Positions 9,138 to 18,723 of a stretch of DNA of 64,000 nt are shown piece by piece; the stretch's first letter is position 1, and each line of letters begins with the position of its first letter. A program made the position numbers and the translations under genes. This DNA is from Fusobacteriaceae bacterium (GTDB lineage: Bacteria > Fusobacteriota > Fusobacteriia > Fusobacteriales > Fusobacteriaceae), in assembly GCA_031289425.1 (NCBI GenBank), contig JAITPM010000040.1, positions 55,423 through 119,422 of the forward strand, read 5' to 3'. The notes beneath the pieces were generated by a model. The model had not been told where the DNA came from. It saw nothing but the letters and a program-made list of their open reading frames with translations, and made no database searches.

Positions 9138-10316
9138 CTATTTCACAGTTTCTTTATAGTTATGCGTTAGTGCATAATCAGAAAATTCATTTCCTAATCC
9201 TGGTAATTCAGGAACTTCAAAATATCCATTTACTGGTTGATAATTATATTTACCAAGTTCTTGGTTATACGGATGTAAATTATTAACATGGTGTTCATGG
9301 ATTACAAAATTTGGTATAACTGATTCCAAGTGTAGTGCTGCTGCAGTTGATAATGGGCTTGCACATACATGAGCCTGTACATTGACATCATATACATAGG
9401 CCATATCGCAAATCTTTTTACCTTCAGTTATTCCCCCACAATTTCCTAAATCTGGTTGAATTACTTGTACCGATAAATTTTCAAAATATGGAGCATATTG
9501 CCATCTTGAATATACTCTCTCTCCATGAGCTATCGGCATAGCAAGTTTATCAGAGATATATTTAGCTAATTTAGGTGTAGGGGTGTTAGGTTCTTCAAAA
9601 TAAAAAATATTATATTTTTGTGCAACTCTTCCAAGTTGGACAGCTGATTGTGCATCGGTAAATGAATGATTTTCCATTATTATATCCACATTTGGACCGA
9701 TAGCATTTCTGACAGCCGAGATTCTTTCTTCTATTAGATTTACGTAATAAGGTTTTAATAAGCATGTAGTATCTAATTCGTTAAATCTACGGCCGTCAGT
9801 ATCAAATGTAAAGAAATCTATTTTAATAGCATCGTAACCTTCTTTTATAGCTTTCAAAGAATTATTGACATAATCTTCAGTTTTAGTAGCCGGTATATGC
9901 TTAGTACCCCATCCAAATTGTAATTGACTGGCATAACAACGTAATTTATCTCTTTTCTTTCCTCCGAGCAATTTATAAACAGGAACATTGAAAAATTTCC
10001 CTTTTATATCCCAAAGAGCAATATCTAAAGCACTTATACCGGCAAATATTACTGGCCCGCCGTTTTGTCCCCAGAAAGTACTTTTGTACAATTTATCCCA
10101 TATGACTTCATTATCTAGAGGATCCAATCCTATTATTAATTTTGCAAAGTCTTTTACTATTCCAAAAGCCGCAGGAGCTGCCTTTCCATATGCTAATGCT
10201 GCCTCTCCGTCTCCATAGATACCGGCATCTGTATATATTCTACAAACTATTGGTCTCCAGACATCCGCTCTGTCGCTTGGGTGCAGTTGCATTACATCAA
10301 TACTGGTTATTTTCAT
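9138..10316 (-). CDS. Enolase-superfamily enzyme (mandelate racemase/muconate lactonizing family, acid-sugar dehydratase-like)
   Basis: 392 aa. N-terminal capping domain (MKITSIDV...GDGEA). Barrel metal-ligand contexts KIDFF, IMENHS, YFEEP, HGER. Confidence 0.8.
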   Translation of the reverse strand: MKITSIDVMQLHPSDRADVWRPIVCRIYTDAGIYGDGEAALAYGKAAPAAFGIVKDFAKLIIGLDPLDNEVIWDKLYKSTFWGQNGGPVIFAGISALDIALWDIKGKFFNVPVYKLLGGKKRDKLRCYASQLQFGWGTKHIPATKTEDYVNNSLKAIKEGYDAIKIDFFTFDTDGRRFNELDTTCLLKPYYVNLIEERISAVRNAIGPNVDIIMENHSFTDAQSAVQLGRVAQKYNIFYFEEPNTPTPKLAKYISDKLAMPIAHGERVYSRWQYAPYFENLSVQVIQPDLGNCGGITEGKKICDMAYVYDVNVQAHVCASPLSTAAALHLESVIPNFVIHEHHVNNLHPYNQELGKYNYQPVNGYFEVPELPGLGNEFSDYALTHNYKETVK

Positions 10317-10349
10317 AATTCCTCCTCAAATAAATTTAAATTATTTTTT

Positions 10350-11414
10350 CTATCTATGGAATACACGATTTGGAGTGCCATCCCAGTGCAAATCTTTATC
10401 GGCTGCTGGAGCATCTTTTGGTACAAATTGATTTGTATAAATCTCTTCAGGAGTGATATCTTTTTCGTTCCAAAGACCGATCTTAAGCCCTATATCAAAC
10501 CAAATTTTTAGGTATTCAGGGTCAATATTTTTATTAGTATCTTCATAATGTGCAATAACATCTCCTTTTTGAAGCCCTAAAACAGCTGCATTTAAATCAC
10601 CTGCTTCATCAAAGTGATCATTTGTCCAAAGGCGAGCTCGGTACATTGCATTCACAAAACCTTGAGCCACTTCAGGATATTCATTGATAATACGTTCAGC
10701 CAAAGACCTCGCACCAAGTCCGCTGGCAGCACTTTTAAATATGTCATATGCAGTTCCAATTGAACGAACTTCTCCAGTCCTAAGAGTAATTTCTGCATAC
10801 GGCGTATGAGAAGTCGTGACATCAATATCCCCTTGAATCACTGCTTGTTCTTGAGTGCCAGGAGTGGCGAATGTTATAAATTCGACATCATCCTTTGAAA
10901 AACCTGCACTTTCCAGGTAATATTGTACAAATCCGCTTGTACAAACGCTGATTCCCGATACCCCTACTTTTGCACCCTTTAGATCATCCAAAGTCTTTAA
11001 TTTACTGTCTTTTTTAACAAGATAATTAACATGGGGACTTTTAGGTGTATCAATCATACCTGGTTGAATGAGTTTGACTTTTATACCTGCAAGACGAGCT
11101 TGTGCAATATTTGATGGATGTCCGGAATAGGACACATCTATAATGCCTTGCTCAATAGCTTGTAAATCTTTCATACCGGTAGGAAGTGAACCGATAAATT
11201 CGATATTAATACCCTCTTCTTCAAAAAACCCAAGTTCCCATGCCGTAACAAATTCGAGATAATCAACTGGCGGATTAACAGCACGAAGATTAAATAATTT
11301 TTTTTCATCTTTTGTCGGTTTGTTTTCATTTGCACCAATTGCACTTACAGCTAGAAATAATACAAAGATTAGTCCAATAATTATTTTTAATTTAAAATTT
11401 AATATTTTTTTCAT
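10350..11414 (-). CDS. ABC substrate-binding protein, close paralog of 941..2008 (orphan: no adjacent permease or ATPase)
   Basis: Aligns end to end with the 941..2008 product, roughly 80-90% identical by eye (e.g. both end in FVPKDAPAADKDLHWDGTPNRVFH). Start taken at MKKILNF, with RBS AAGGAGG. Confidence 0.8.
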   Translation of the reverse strand: MKKILNFKLKIIIGLIFVLFLAVSAIGANENKPTKDEKKLFNLRAVNPPVDYLEFVTAWELGFFEEEGINIEFIGSLPTGMKDLQAIEQGIIDVSYSGHPSNIAQARLAGIKVKLIQPGMIDTPKSPHVNYLVKKDSKLKTLDDLKGAKVGVSGISVCTSGFVQYYLESAGFSKDDVEFITFATPGTQEQAVIQGDIDVTTSHTPYAEITLRTGEVRSIGTAYDIFKSAASGLGARSLAERIINEYPEVAQGFVNAMYRARLWTNDHFDEAGDLNAAVLGLQKGDVIAHYEDTNKNIDPEYLKIWFDIGLKIGLWNEKDITPEEIYTNQFVPKDAPAADKDLHWDGTPNRVFHR

Positions 11415-11450
11415 TATATTTCCTCCTTTTTTCTCGCCACAAAATGGAAA

Positions 11451-11484
11451 AGGCACCAAACAGTATCAATTACTGTCAGTGCCT
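11451..11484 (-). terminator. Stem-loop between the DcyD-like gene and the binding-protein paralog (internal terminator/attenuator candidate)
   Basis: On the minus strand, AGGCAC...GTGCCT encloses ACAGTA/TACTGT and is followed by TTTTCCATTTT. Confidence 0.4.
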
Positions 11485-11537
11485 CCAGTTTTCTGGTCGG
11501 TAATTTAATTTTTAGTAAAATTTATTAATTTATATTT

Positions 11538-12527
11538 TTATTTTTCATAAAACGCTTCTGTGAAATTAAAGATAGCTGGATAGCCTCCTGTGTGCAGAAA
11601 CGCAATATCCCTCCCATCATCAAGTTCTCCTTTTTGTAAAAGGTCAAGTAATGCGCTAAATGCCTTGCCGGTGTACACTGGGTCAAGAAGGATTGCTTCA
11701 GTACGCCCGAGTAATTTAATGGCATCAATACCTAATACTGTCGGAATTCCATATTTTTCACCGAAATATTTGTCGTGGATTATTATATCTGATTTTTCAA
11801 AAATAAAATTTCTTCCGATAAATGTAGCCGTCTGAGTCGCAAGATCGGCAATCTTAGGTGCTTGTTCATCATATTTCCGACTAACAGAAACCCCATGGAT
11901 TTTTGCATTAGGTAGAAAAAGTCGTGCACCCACTTCTGCACCGGCCTGAGTACCGCCGGAGCCACTAGCTAGGAATAAGTGCCCAATATCTGCACCGACA
12001 ACCTTGGCTTGTTCAGAAATTTCCTGAATAGAATCTATATAACCTAAGGCGCCTAATGGTGAAGATGCTGCAAATTTTATAACATACGGTTTTTTGCCCT
12101 TTGCGATAAGTTCTGCTGTCAAATTTTCGCTTACGATTGGAAAATCATTCTCATCCTCAACAAAATGTAGATGTGCTCCAAAAATATCATAAATAAATAA
12201 ATTTCCTTGATGAGGAGTATCATCTTCACCGGTCAAAAACAAATGACATTCAAGTCCCAAGTGTACAGCATATGCCAGTGTTTGTCTGCAATGATTGGAC
12301 TGTTTTGCACCGAACGTAATGATAGTATCTGCTCCATTATCAACGGCTTCTTTCATCACATAGTCCAATTTACGGTTTTTGTTGCCACCCAGTCCTATTT
12401 CCGTCAAGTCATCACGTTTTATAAACAGTCGCTGCTTTGCATTAAGAACTTTTCTCAAATTTTTTAATTCTTCCAAACGAGTTGGGTAACTAATCAATTC
12501 TAATCTATCACGAAATCTTTGACTCAT
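11538..12527 (-). CDS. PLP-dependent D-cysteine desulfhydrase / ACC deaminase family enzyme
   Basis: 329 aa. RDDLTEIGLGGNKNRKLDY (PLP lysine context), GAKQSNH, SGSGGTQAG glycine loop. Confidence 0.75.
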   Translation of the reverse strand: MSQRFRDRLELISYPTRLEELKNLRKVLNAKQRLFIKRDDLTEIGLGGNKNRKLDYVMKEAVDNGADTIITFGAKQSNHCRQTLAYAVHLGLECHLFLTGEDDTPHQGNLFIYDIFGAHLHFVEDENDFPIVSENLTAELIAKGKKPYVIKFAASSPLGALGYIDSIQEISEQAKVVGADIGHLFLASGSGGTQAGAEVGARLFLPNAKIHGVSVSRKYDEQAPKIADLATQTATFIGRNFIFEKSDIIIHDKYFGEKYGIPTVLGIDAIKLLGRTEAILLDPVYTGKAFSALLDLLQKGELDDGRDIAFLHTGGYPAIFNFTEAFYEK

Positions 12528-12597
12528 AATTATTTACCTCCAAAACTGTTTTTAATATAAACAATAGTAGGACTGAATGTATTTCTAGTATATAATA

Positions 12598-13785
12598 TTA
12601 TTTATATATATTTTTCAAAGCCTTCCCCAATCTTTCCAATGATTCCACAACAACCTCAGTGGGAGCAGCTAGATTTATTCTTTCATATCCACTTCCTTCC
12701 GATCCAAATACATATCCTTCATCGGTAAAAAATTCTGCATCTATATGTAAAAATTTTTCCAATTCTGCATTTGATAATCCCAGTGCTCTAAAATCTAACC
12801 ATTGTAAGTATGTACCTTCAATTAAAGGAGATTTTATTTTTGGGAAATTTTTTTCAAAGTATTCTTTCGCTATCTTTTGGTTGGTATCAATAACTTCTAA
12901 TAATTCGCTCAACCATTTTTCTCCTTCATTATAAACTATTTCACATGCTTTAAATCCAAATGTATTGATAGACAATCCTCTTAGGGTAGTCATTTTGTCT
13001 ATGTATTTATCCCTCAATTTTTTATTCTTTATTATAATGTTGGATAATCCTAGCCCTGCCAGATTAAATGTCTTTGAAGGTGCAAAGCATATTATAAGTC
13101 TATCTTCTATTTCTTTACTTACTGTAGCAAAAACAGTATGCTTGTACCCCGGCAATATCAAATCGCAATGTATCTCATCTGATACAATTATTATATCATT
13201 TTTTATAGCTATTTTAGCCAATTTTTCTAGTTCTTCTCGTGTCCATACTCTTCCAACAGGGTTATGGGGACTTGAAAAAAGAAGTATTTTAACTTTTAAA
13301 TCTTTAGTCAATTGGTCAAATTTATCATAATCAATAGTATAATATCCATTTGTTTCTATAAGCGGACAATTTATTACTTTTCTATTATTTCTTTCTATGG
13401 CCATAGAAAACGGATAATAAACCGGTCTGAATATTACGATTCCATCTCCGGGTTCAGAAAAAGTATTTACAGCACCAAAAAATGCAGTCACAACTCCAGG
13501 TGTATTGACAATCCATTCCTTTTCTATTTTGTATCCATAGCGTCTATCGCACCACGATACTACCGTATCCAGAAAAACATCAGTCGCTTTAGTATACCCT
13601 AATACTGTCTCATCAAGATATTTTTTTAATCCATTTACTACTTCTGGGATAGTTTTAAATTCCATATCTGCGACTGAAAGAGGAACAACACCTTCTGATA
13701 CATTTGGGTTCCACTCATACATCAACTCCCATTTGGAAGAACCTTTATTTTTCCTTGATACCCTTGTTTTAAAATCATAACTCAT
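12598..13785 (-). CDS. patB: MalY/PatB-type cystathionine beta-lyase (class I/II aminotransferase fold)
   Basis: MSYDFKTRVSRKNKGSSKWE N-terminus typical of the family. SSPHNPVGRVW, SDEIH, APSKTFNLAGL (PLP lysine). RBS GGAGGTG before the ATG at 13785. Confidence 0.75.
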   Translation of the reverse strand: MSYDFKTRVSRKNKGSSKWELMYEWNPNVSEGVVPLSVADMEFKTIPEVVNGLKKYLDETVLGYTKATDVFLDTVVSWCDRRYGYKIEKEWIVNTPGVVTAFFGAVNTFSEPGDGIVIFRPVYYPFSMAIERNNRKVINCPLIETNGYYTIDYDKFDQLTKDLKVKILLFSSPHNPVGRVWTREELEKLAKIAIKNDIIIVSDEIHCDLILPGYKHTVFATVSKEIEDRLIICFAPSKTFNLAGLGLSNIIIKNKKLRDKYIDKMTTLRGLSINTFGFKACEIVYNEGEKWLSELLEVIDTNQKIAKEYFEKNFPKIKSPLIEGTYLQWLDFRALGLSNAELEKFLHIDAEFFTDEGYVFGSEGSGYERINLAAPTEVVVESLERLGKALKNIYK

Positions 13786-13868
13786 AAAAACACCTCCGAA
13801 ATATTTATCATAGGTCAAATAGATAAGTGAATCTTATCGTATTTATTTGACTTTATTGTTGATATCTA

Positions 13869-15398
13869 CTAACCATTCTCTTTTATATATTTAAATGGAT
13901 CGCCCTCTAAATATTCCTTACGGTATGGGAGAGGGCAATGCTCTGTAATTTTCTTGCAATATTGCCAATTTTTAAGAGCCTTATTAATTCGTCTTGCGAT
14001 TTCAAACACTCCTGAATATCCCATATAATTATTGGCAGGGCCATACAAAGGAAATGTTGCCACACCTTGTTTTACAGAGATATTTCCGGTTCCTGTATGT
14101 CCTATATAAAGGTCAGGATTAAGCTTCTTCACGATATTTATTTGCTCAAATGGTTGTTGTGTTGCAGCATTGTATGGAACGTCATCAATATTCTCTAGAT
14201 TATCAAACAATGGTTCAGAAAATTTATCATAATGATGTCCCTTGAAACCTACAACTTCCATTCCTAAATCCTGTACAACTTCTGCAGTTGCGAGTATTCT
14301 TACTTCCCCTCCGGCAATATAAACTCTTTTTCCTTTTAGTGTTGGTCGAAATTGATCCAATGCTTCATTAATTTCTCTTTCCTCGCTGTCTATAAATTTC
14401 TGTGCGTCTTTCTCAAATCCGAAATGTTCCGCAATTTTAAGTAACCAACGGGAAGTATTTTTTTTGCCCACCGGCATAACATCAATAATATATGGAATTC
14501 CAAAAAGATTGTACACATTCTCAATAAAAAAATCATCATGGGTTCCGCACACACTTACATTTAGTGCAGATTCTGTCATATAACGAAAGTCCTCAGCTGC
14601 AGAATAGCATGGAAGAAAGCGTACATACAGACCGATTGCATTTAACAATCGTTCAAGTTCCAATTCATCCGGACGAGACATTGAGCCGACATTTAGTATA
14701 TTTACAGTGTGTTCATCACGATATTTCTTTTTAAAAATGTAATTTTCATCAGGAATAATATTCGAATCAATTTTGCGTACAGGTGGTCGAACAAGTCCAC
14801 GTAAAATACCATGGTACACATCATCATAGGCCGATGCCATGATTTTTGTTTTAAATCCTGCACAGTGAATCGGAATTAGTATGGCTGCGGTTTCCGATTG
14901 TAGATTATCCAATATATTGTCAACATCATCACCAATAAGAGATGGAACGCAACTTATGGGAACAATTATAGTTTCAGGTCGGAATTCCTTGTCAGCATAG
15001 AGAATCGATTCACGCAATTTCTTCTCTCCTCCGGCAATAACATCAGATTCATCCAGATTTGTGTTGAGCCAAACCACTCCTTCGGCAAGCGGGTCACGCA
15101 GACGTCTGAATGTCTGTGAAGTACCTACAGATCCAATAGTACAAGCTCCGCACCCGATAGGACCGTGCATAATAACCACAGCATTACGAAGCGAATTCAA
15201 CATACCCAAGGATAATGTAAATTGGCAGCCGTGAGTTTGGCTGAATGAGCGATTAGCAGCATTTATACACCCACTTCTTTGAGCGCACCTTATATCATTA
15301 CAAGTTCCAGCAAATGCGATTCCTGTTTCGAGACGACGTTCTCTTACCTCTGGGGCTTTATCACGAAATTTTGGTGGATTTTGATTAAAATTAGCCAT
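13869..15398 (-). CDS. Nitrogenase component 1 alpha-like subunit (NifD/NifE-family oxidoreductase)
   Basis: 509 aa. HGCQFTLSLG, VIMHGPIGCGAC, VPISCVPSLIGDD and IPIHCAGFK cysteine contexts match the NifD/E pattern. RBS GGGAGG. Confidence 0.8.
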   Translation of the reverse strand: MANFNQNPPKFRDKAPEVRERRLETGIAFAGTCNDIRCAQRSGCINAANRSFSQTHGCQFTLSLGMLNSLRNAVVIMHGPIGCGACTIGSVGTSQTFRRLRDPLAEGVVWLNTNLDESDVIAGGEKKLRESILYADKEFRPETIIVPISCVPSLIGDDVDNILDNLQSETAAILIPIHCAGFKTKIMASAYDDVYHGILRGLVRPPVRKIDSNIIPDENYIFKKKYRDEHTVNILNVGSMSRPDELELERLLNAIGLYVRFLPCYSAAEDFRYMTESALNVSVCGTHDDFFIENVYNLFGIPYIIDVMPVGKKNTSRWLLKIAEHFGFEKDAQKFIDSEEREINEALDQFRPTLKGKRVYIAGGEVRILATAEVVQDLGMEVVGFKGHHYDKFSEPLFDNLENIDDVPYNAATQQPFEQINIVKKLNPDLYIGHTGTGNISVKQGVATFPLYGPANNYMGYSGVFEIARRINKALKNWQYCKKITEHCPLPYRKEYLEGDPFKYIKENG

Positions 15399-15404
15399 TT
15401 TTTA

Positions 15405-16739
15405 TTACCTCCCTGAAATTTGGAGCGTTACAAGATCGCTCACTAAATTGAGTCCGCCTGTATATCCGGCGTACCCTTGATTTAACACCACACGACTTGT
15501 AACAGGATAAGTTACTGCAAGAAGCGGGAATCCAAATTTTGTGGATAAATCCCGTTCCAATACACTGCCAATAATAACGGCTGGCCCCAAGGTATCATAA
15601 TATTTTTGATTATTAGATTGTCCCCATCTCTTTTGTATATGTTTTACCAGTGCGGATGCATCTGTATCAAAGACAACTGTCGGAACAGTTGTACTTTCCC
15701 AATTTTCAAATTTTGCAGTTATTATTTCTTTTTCATCATCTGTGATAAAATCTGTAATTTGTGCTACAAGCGGTATCCAGCCAAATTCATCAGATATAAA
15801 CCGTGAAATAGCCGGAACATAATTTGCATCGCCAATTAAAACGGCATACCTACTCAAATCTATATCAAAATAAATGTCAGCAATACGCTCCAAATAGTCA
15901 TAATATCTTATGTCTTCTGATAATATTGTTTTATCCACTATTTTCTTTGGGATTCCGAGTGTATCAGCTACTTTGCATAAAAATTCAGCAGTTTGTGTAG
16001 CACCTACAGGTAGACCTGTAGTTATATAAGGTGTGCTATGTACCTCTTCAAAGATTTTTGCTGACGATATACCGTATGTGTCTGAGAGAATTATATTCAA
16101 CTCAGCCTTGGATGAATTTTTTAAGCTATCAATTGTTTCATTTTCACCAAAGAAAGTATTGACAGTAAGTCCTATTTTTTCCAATAATCGTTTTATCTCA
16201 GCCAGGTTTCCCTTATAAAAGACATCTTGCCCGGGTACAAGTCCGAATACATTTACAACGCCTTTTTGTTTTTTTAGTCCTTTTGTTACAAAATATTTGA
16301 ACAATTCAGTCAATACCATATCGTATCCGACATAGGAATTGCCCTTAAACGAAGGGGTAGAGACTGCTATTACAGGGTATTCATTAAATTCACTTGTTAC
16401 AGATGAGGCATCATCCCCTATCATTTCCACCATACATCCTGTAACAACAACATAGAGATCCCCATCCATGATTTCAATAGTGGTGCGAATCTGTTCCCGT
16501 AACCTGTCCTCTCCTCCAAATACTATTTCTTTTTCCACGACATTTGTGGAACTCCATGATGATCCACCACAATAGCCTCCGCCGATGTATCCGGATCCGG
16601 AATTCGTAGCGTTATATATGTTATATCCACAACCTGTAGACGCATGGATTATAGGGATTGTGCGTGGAAGAGCACGAAGAGTCAATAATGCCCCTCCCAA
16701 TGCACAAGTATATCTTGGTCTATCAACAAATTTACTCAA
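15405..16739 (-). CDS. Nitrogenase component 1 beta-like subunit (NifK/NifN-family oxidoreductase)
   Basis: 444 aa, TTG start with RBS GAGAGGTG. RYTCALGGAL, IIHASTGCGYN and VVVTGCMVEMIGDD cysteine contexts match the NifK/N pattern. Confidence 0.8.
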   Translation of the reverse strand: MSKFVDRPRYTCALGGALLTLRALPRTIPIIHASTGCGYNIYNATNSGSGYIGGGYCGGSSWSSTNVVEKEIVFGGEDRLREQIRTTIEIMDGDLYVVVTGCMVEMIGDDASSVTSEFNEYPVIAVSTPSFKGNSYVGYDMVLTELFKYFVTKGLKKQKGVVNVFGLVPGQDVFYKGNLAEIKRLLEKIGLTVNTFFGENETIDSLKNSSKAELNIILSDTYGISSAKIFEEVHSTPYITTGLPVGATQTAEFLCKVADTLGIPKKIVDKTILSEDIRYYDYLERIADIYFDIDLSRYAVLIGDANYVPAISRFISDEFGWIPLVAQITDFITDDEKEIITAKFENWESTTVPTVVFDTDASALVKHIQKRWGQSNNQKYYDTLGPAVIIGSVLERDLSTKFGFPLLAVTYPVTSRVVLNQGYAGYTGGLNLVSDLVTLQISGR

Positions 16740-16744
16740 TTATA

Positions 16745-17713
16745 TCACCTCTCAATTTCATCAAACAACGGAGTAGATAAATACCTTTCTCCGGTGTCAG
16801 GTAACAATACAACCACATTTTTACCAGAAAATTCTGTTTTCCTTGCAAAATGTGTTGCAGCAAATACAGCAGCGCCGCTAGATATACCGACAAGCAATCC
16901 TTGCTTTTGTGCAAGAAGTTGAGAAGTCAGAAATGCTTCTTCGTTGCGAACTTTGAATATTTCATCCACAACATCAAAGTCAAATACCTTTGGAATAAAA
17001 CCGGCACCTATTCCCTGTATCTTATGTGCACCTGGAGGATTCCCAGATAATACTGCCGAATCATAGGGTTCGACAGCCACTATTTTTATGTTGGGGTTAA
17101 GTTCCTTCAATCTACTCCCAATACCGGTAATAGTTCCGCCTGTACCTACACCACCCACGAATACATCAACCTTGCCGGACGTATCTCGCCAAATTTCTTC
17201 AGCAGTAGTTTCGCGGTGTATTTTTGGATTCACAGGATTATCAAACTGTTGAGGAATAAAAGCATTTGGGATAATTGTTGCTAGTTCTTCTGCCTTACGC
17301 ACAGCACCTTTCATTCCCGAAGCCCCTGGGGTAAGCACAATTTCTGCACCTAATGCAGCGAGTAATTTTCGACGTTCTATACTCATAGTATCCGGCATGG
17401 TAAGGATTATACGATAACCTTTTGCGGCTGCTACGAAAGCAAGTCCAATACCGGTATTACCACTTGTTGGTTCAATTAAAACTGTATCTTTTGCTATTTT
17501 GCCTGTTTTTTCAGCATCTTCAACCATGGCAAGAGCAATTCTGTCTTTTACACTACCAAGGGGGTTGAAATATTCAAGTTTTGCAATTAATCTTGCTCTC
17601 ACAGAAAATTCCCTACCGTAGTCTGTGAGTTCAAGTAAAGGTGTATTTCCGATTAAATCTGTAAGCTTCGCAGCTATTTTTTCATGATTATTTTTAATAT
17701 TATTTTCTTTCAT
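16745..17713 (-). CDS. Cysteine synthase-family PLP enzyme (second CysK/CysM-like copy)
   Basis: [50 protein letters not shown]. 322 aa. Start overlaps the upstream stop (ATGA). Confidence 0.85.
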   Translation of the reverse strand: MKENNIKNNHEKIAAKLTDLIGNTPLLELTDYGREFSVRARLIAKLEYFNPLGSVKDRIALAMVEDAEKTGKIAKDTVLIEPTSGNTGIGLAFVAAAKGYRIILTMPDTMSIERRKLLAALGAEIVLTPGASGMKGAVRKAEELATIIPNAFIPQQFDNPVNPKIHRETTAEEIWRDTSGKVDVFVGGVGTGGTITGIGSRLKELNPNIKIVAVEPYDSAVLSGNPPGAHKIQGIGAGFIPKVFDFDVVDEIFKVRNEEAFLTSQLLAQKQGLLVGISSGAAVFAATHFARKTEFSGKNVVVLLPDTGERYLSTPLFDEIER

Positions 17714-18258
17714 ATTATCTCTCCTAAATATTCCGCTTCTGACAATGCATTGTTCCCAATAATATCATCTTTTTCAAGTAACCCGTCAACTGCAATTACG
17801 CCTCTGTCCTTCCAACCCATAAAATTACCACAATTTTTATAAATATCAACAAGTGGTTTTGCTTTTTTAATATCAGAGTGTGCGGTAATTAAAAGCACAC
17901 TCTCAGAAACTGTATGTCGTTCACGATTTTTGCCACGAGTATATGCGTGTATTCTGTCCCAGGCTATTTTAAGTTGCCCTGATACTCCACCCCAATATAG
18001 CGGAGAAGCAAAGACAATTACATCAGCGGATTCAAGAATAGATGCAATTTCATCAAAATCATCATGGATTACACATTTTGTACCCTCACGGATACATACA
18101 TTGCATCCGATGCAAGGGTGTATGTTTTTAAAAGCAGTTTCGATTTTATGTACAGAGTGACCAGCAGCAATTGCCCCCTTAATAAAGCTGTCGGCAAGTT
18201 TATCGCTGTTTCCGCCTTTTCGTGGACTGCCAGTTAATACAAGTATAGATTTCGACAT
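17710..18258 (-). CDS. Flavodoxin-fold FMN reductase / iron-sulfur flavoprotein-like protein
   Basis: [17 protein letters not shown]-binding N-terminus, compact Cys cluster [23 protein letters not shown] motif. 182 aa. Confidence 0.7.
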   Translation of the reverse strand: MSKSILVLTGSPRKGGNSDKLADSFIKGAIAAGHSVHKIETAFKNIHPCIGCNVCIREGTKCVIHDDFDEIASILESADVIVFASPLYWGGVSGQLKIAWDRIHAYTRGKNRERHTVSESVLLITAHSDIKKAKPLVDIYKNCGNFMGWKDRGVIAVDGLLEKDDIIGNNALSEAEYLGEII

Positions 18259-18325
18259 ATTTGAACCTCCTAAATCCTGATATTCGTCGATTAAATTTTG
18301 TATTCATGCAAACAATCATGTTATA

Positions 18326-18700
18326 TTAATAATTATTATGTTTAGTTTTATTATGATATTTAATCAATTTTTTTATTGCAATGGATAAATCTGATGGTGC
18401 TTCAATTGCAGTAACACCAAAACGCTGGAGATACATGTACGGATGTTTTCCAATCTTTTTCACGAGTAAATATTGTGCACTATCAATTAACTCTGCCAAT
18501 TTTTGATATTGTACAGAATCATTAAAATTTCCACACCCACCATTGCCGCAACTTCCCACATATTCTGATATACTTACCTTTTTTCTGAGTTCATATGTCT
18601 CATCATCATTTACAGTATATACAGATAATTCCTTCGCTTGCCCAAAGTGTGTATCAATATCTACTCCGTTTGATGTTGCAACTGCAACAATAAAGGCCAT
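18326..18700 (-). CDS. NifX/NifB-C-terminal family protein (dinitrogenase FeMo-cofactor-binding domain, PF02579-like)
   Basis: 124 aa. IVAVATSNGVDIDTHFGQAKELSVYTV opening and LLVKKIGKHPYMYLQRFGVTAIE fit the family pattern. RBS GGAGGA. Confidence 0.65.
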   Translation of the reverse strand: MAFIVAVATSNGVDIDTHFGQAKELSVYTVNDDETYELRKKVSISEYVGSCGNGGCGNFNDSVQYQKLAELIDSAQYLLVKKIGKHPYMYLQRFGVTAIEAPSDLSIAIKKLIKYHNKTKHNNY

Positions 18701-18723
18701 AATCTTTCCTCCTCAACAAACTA

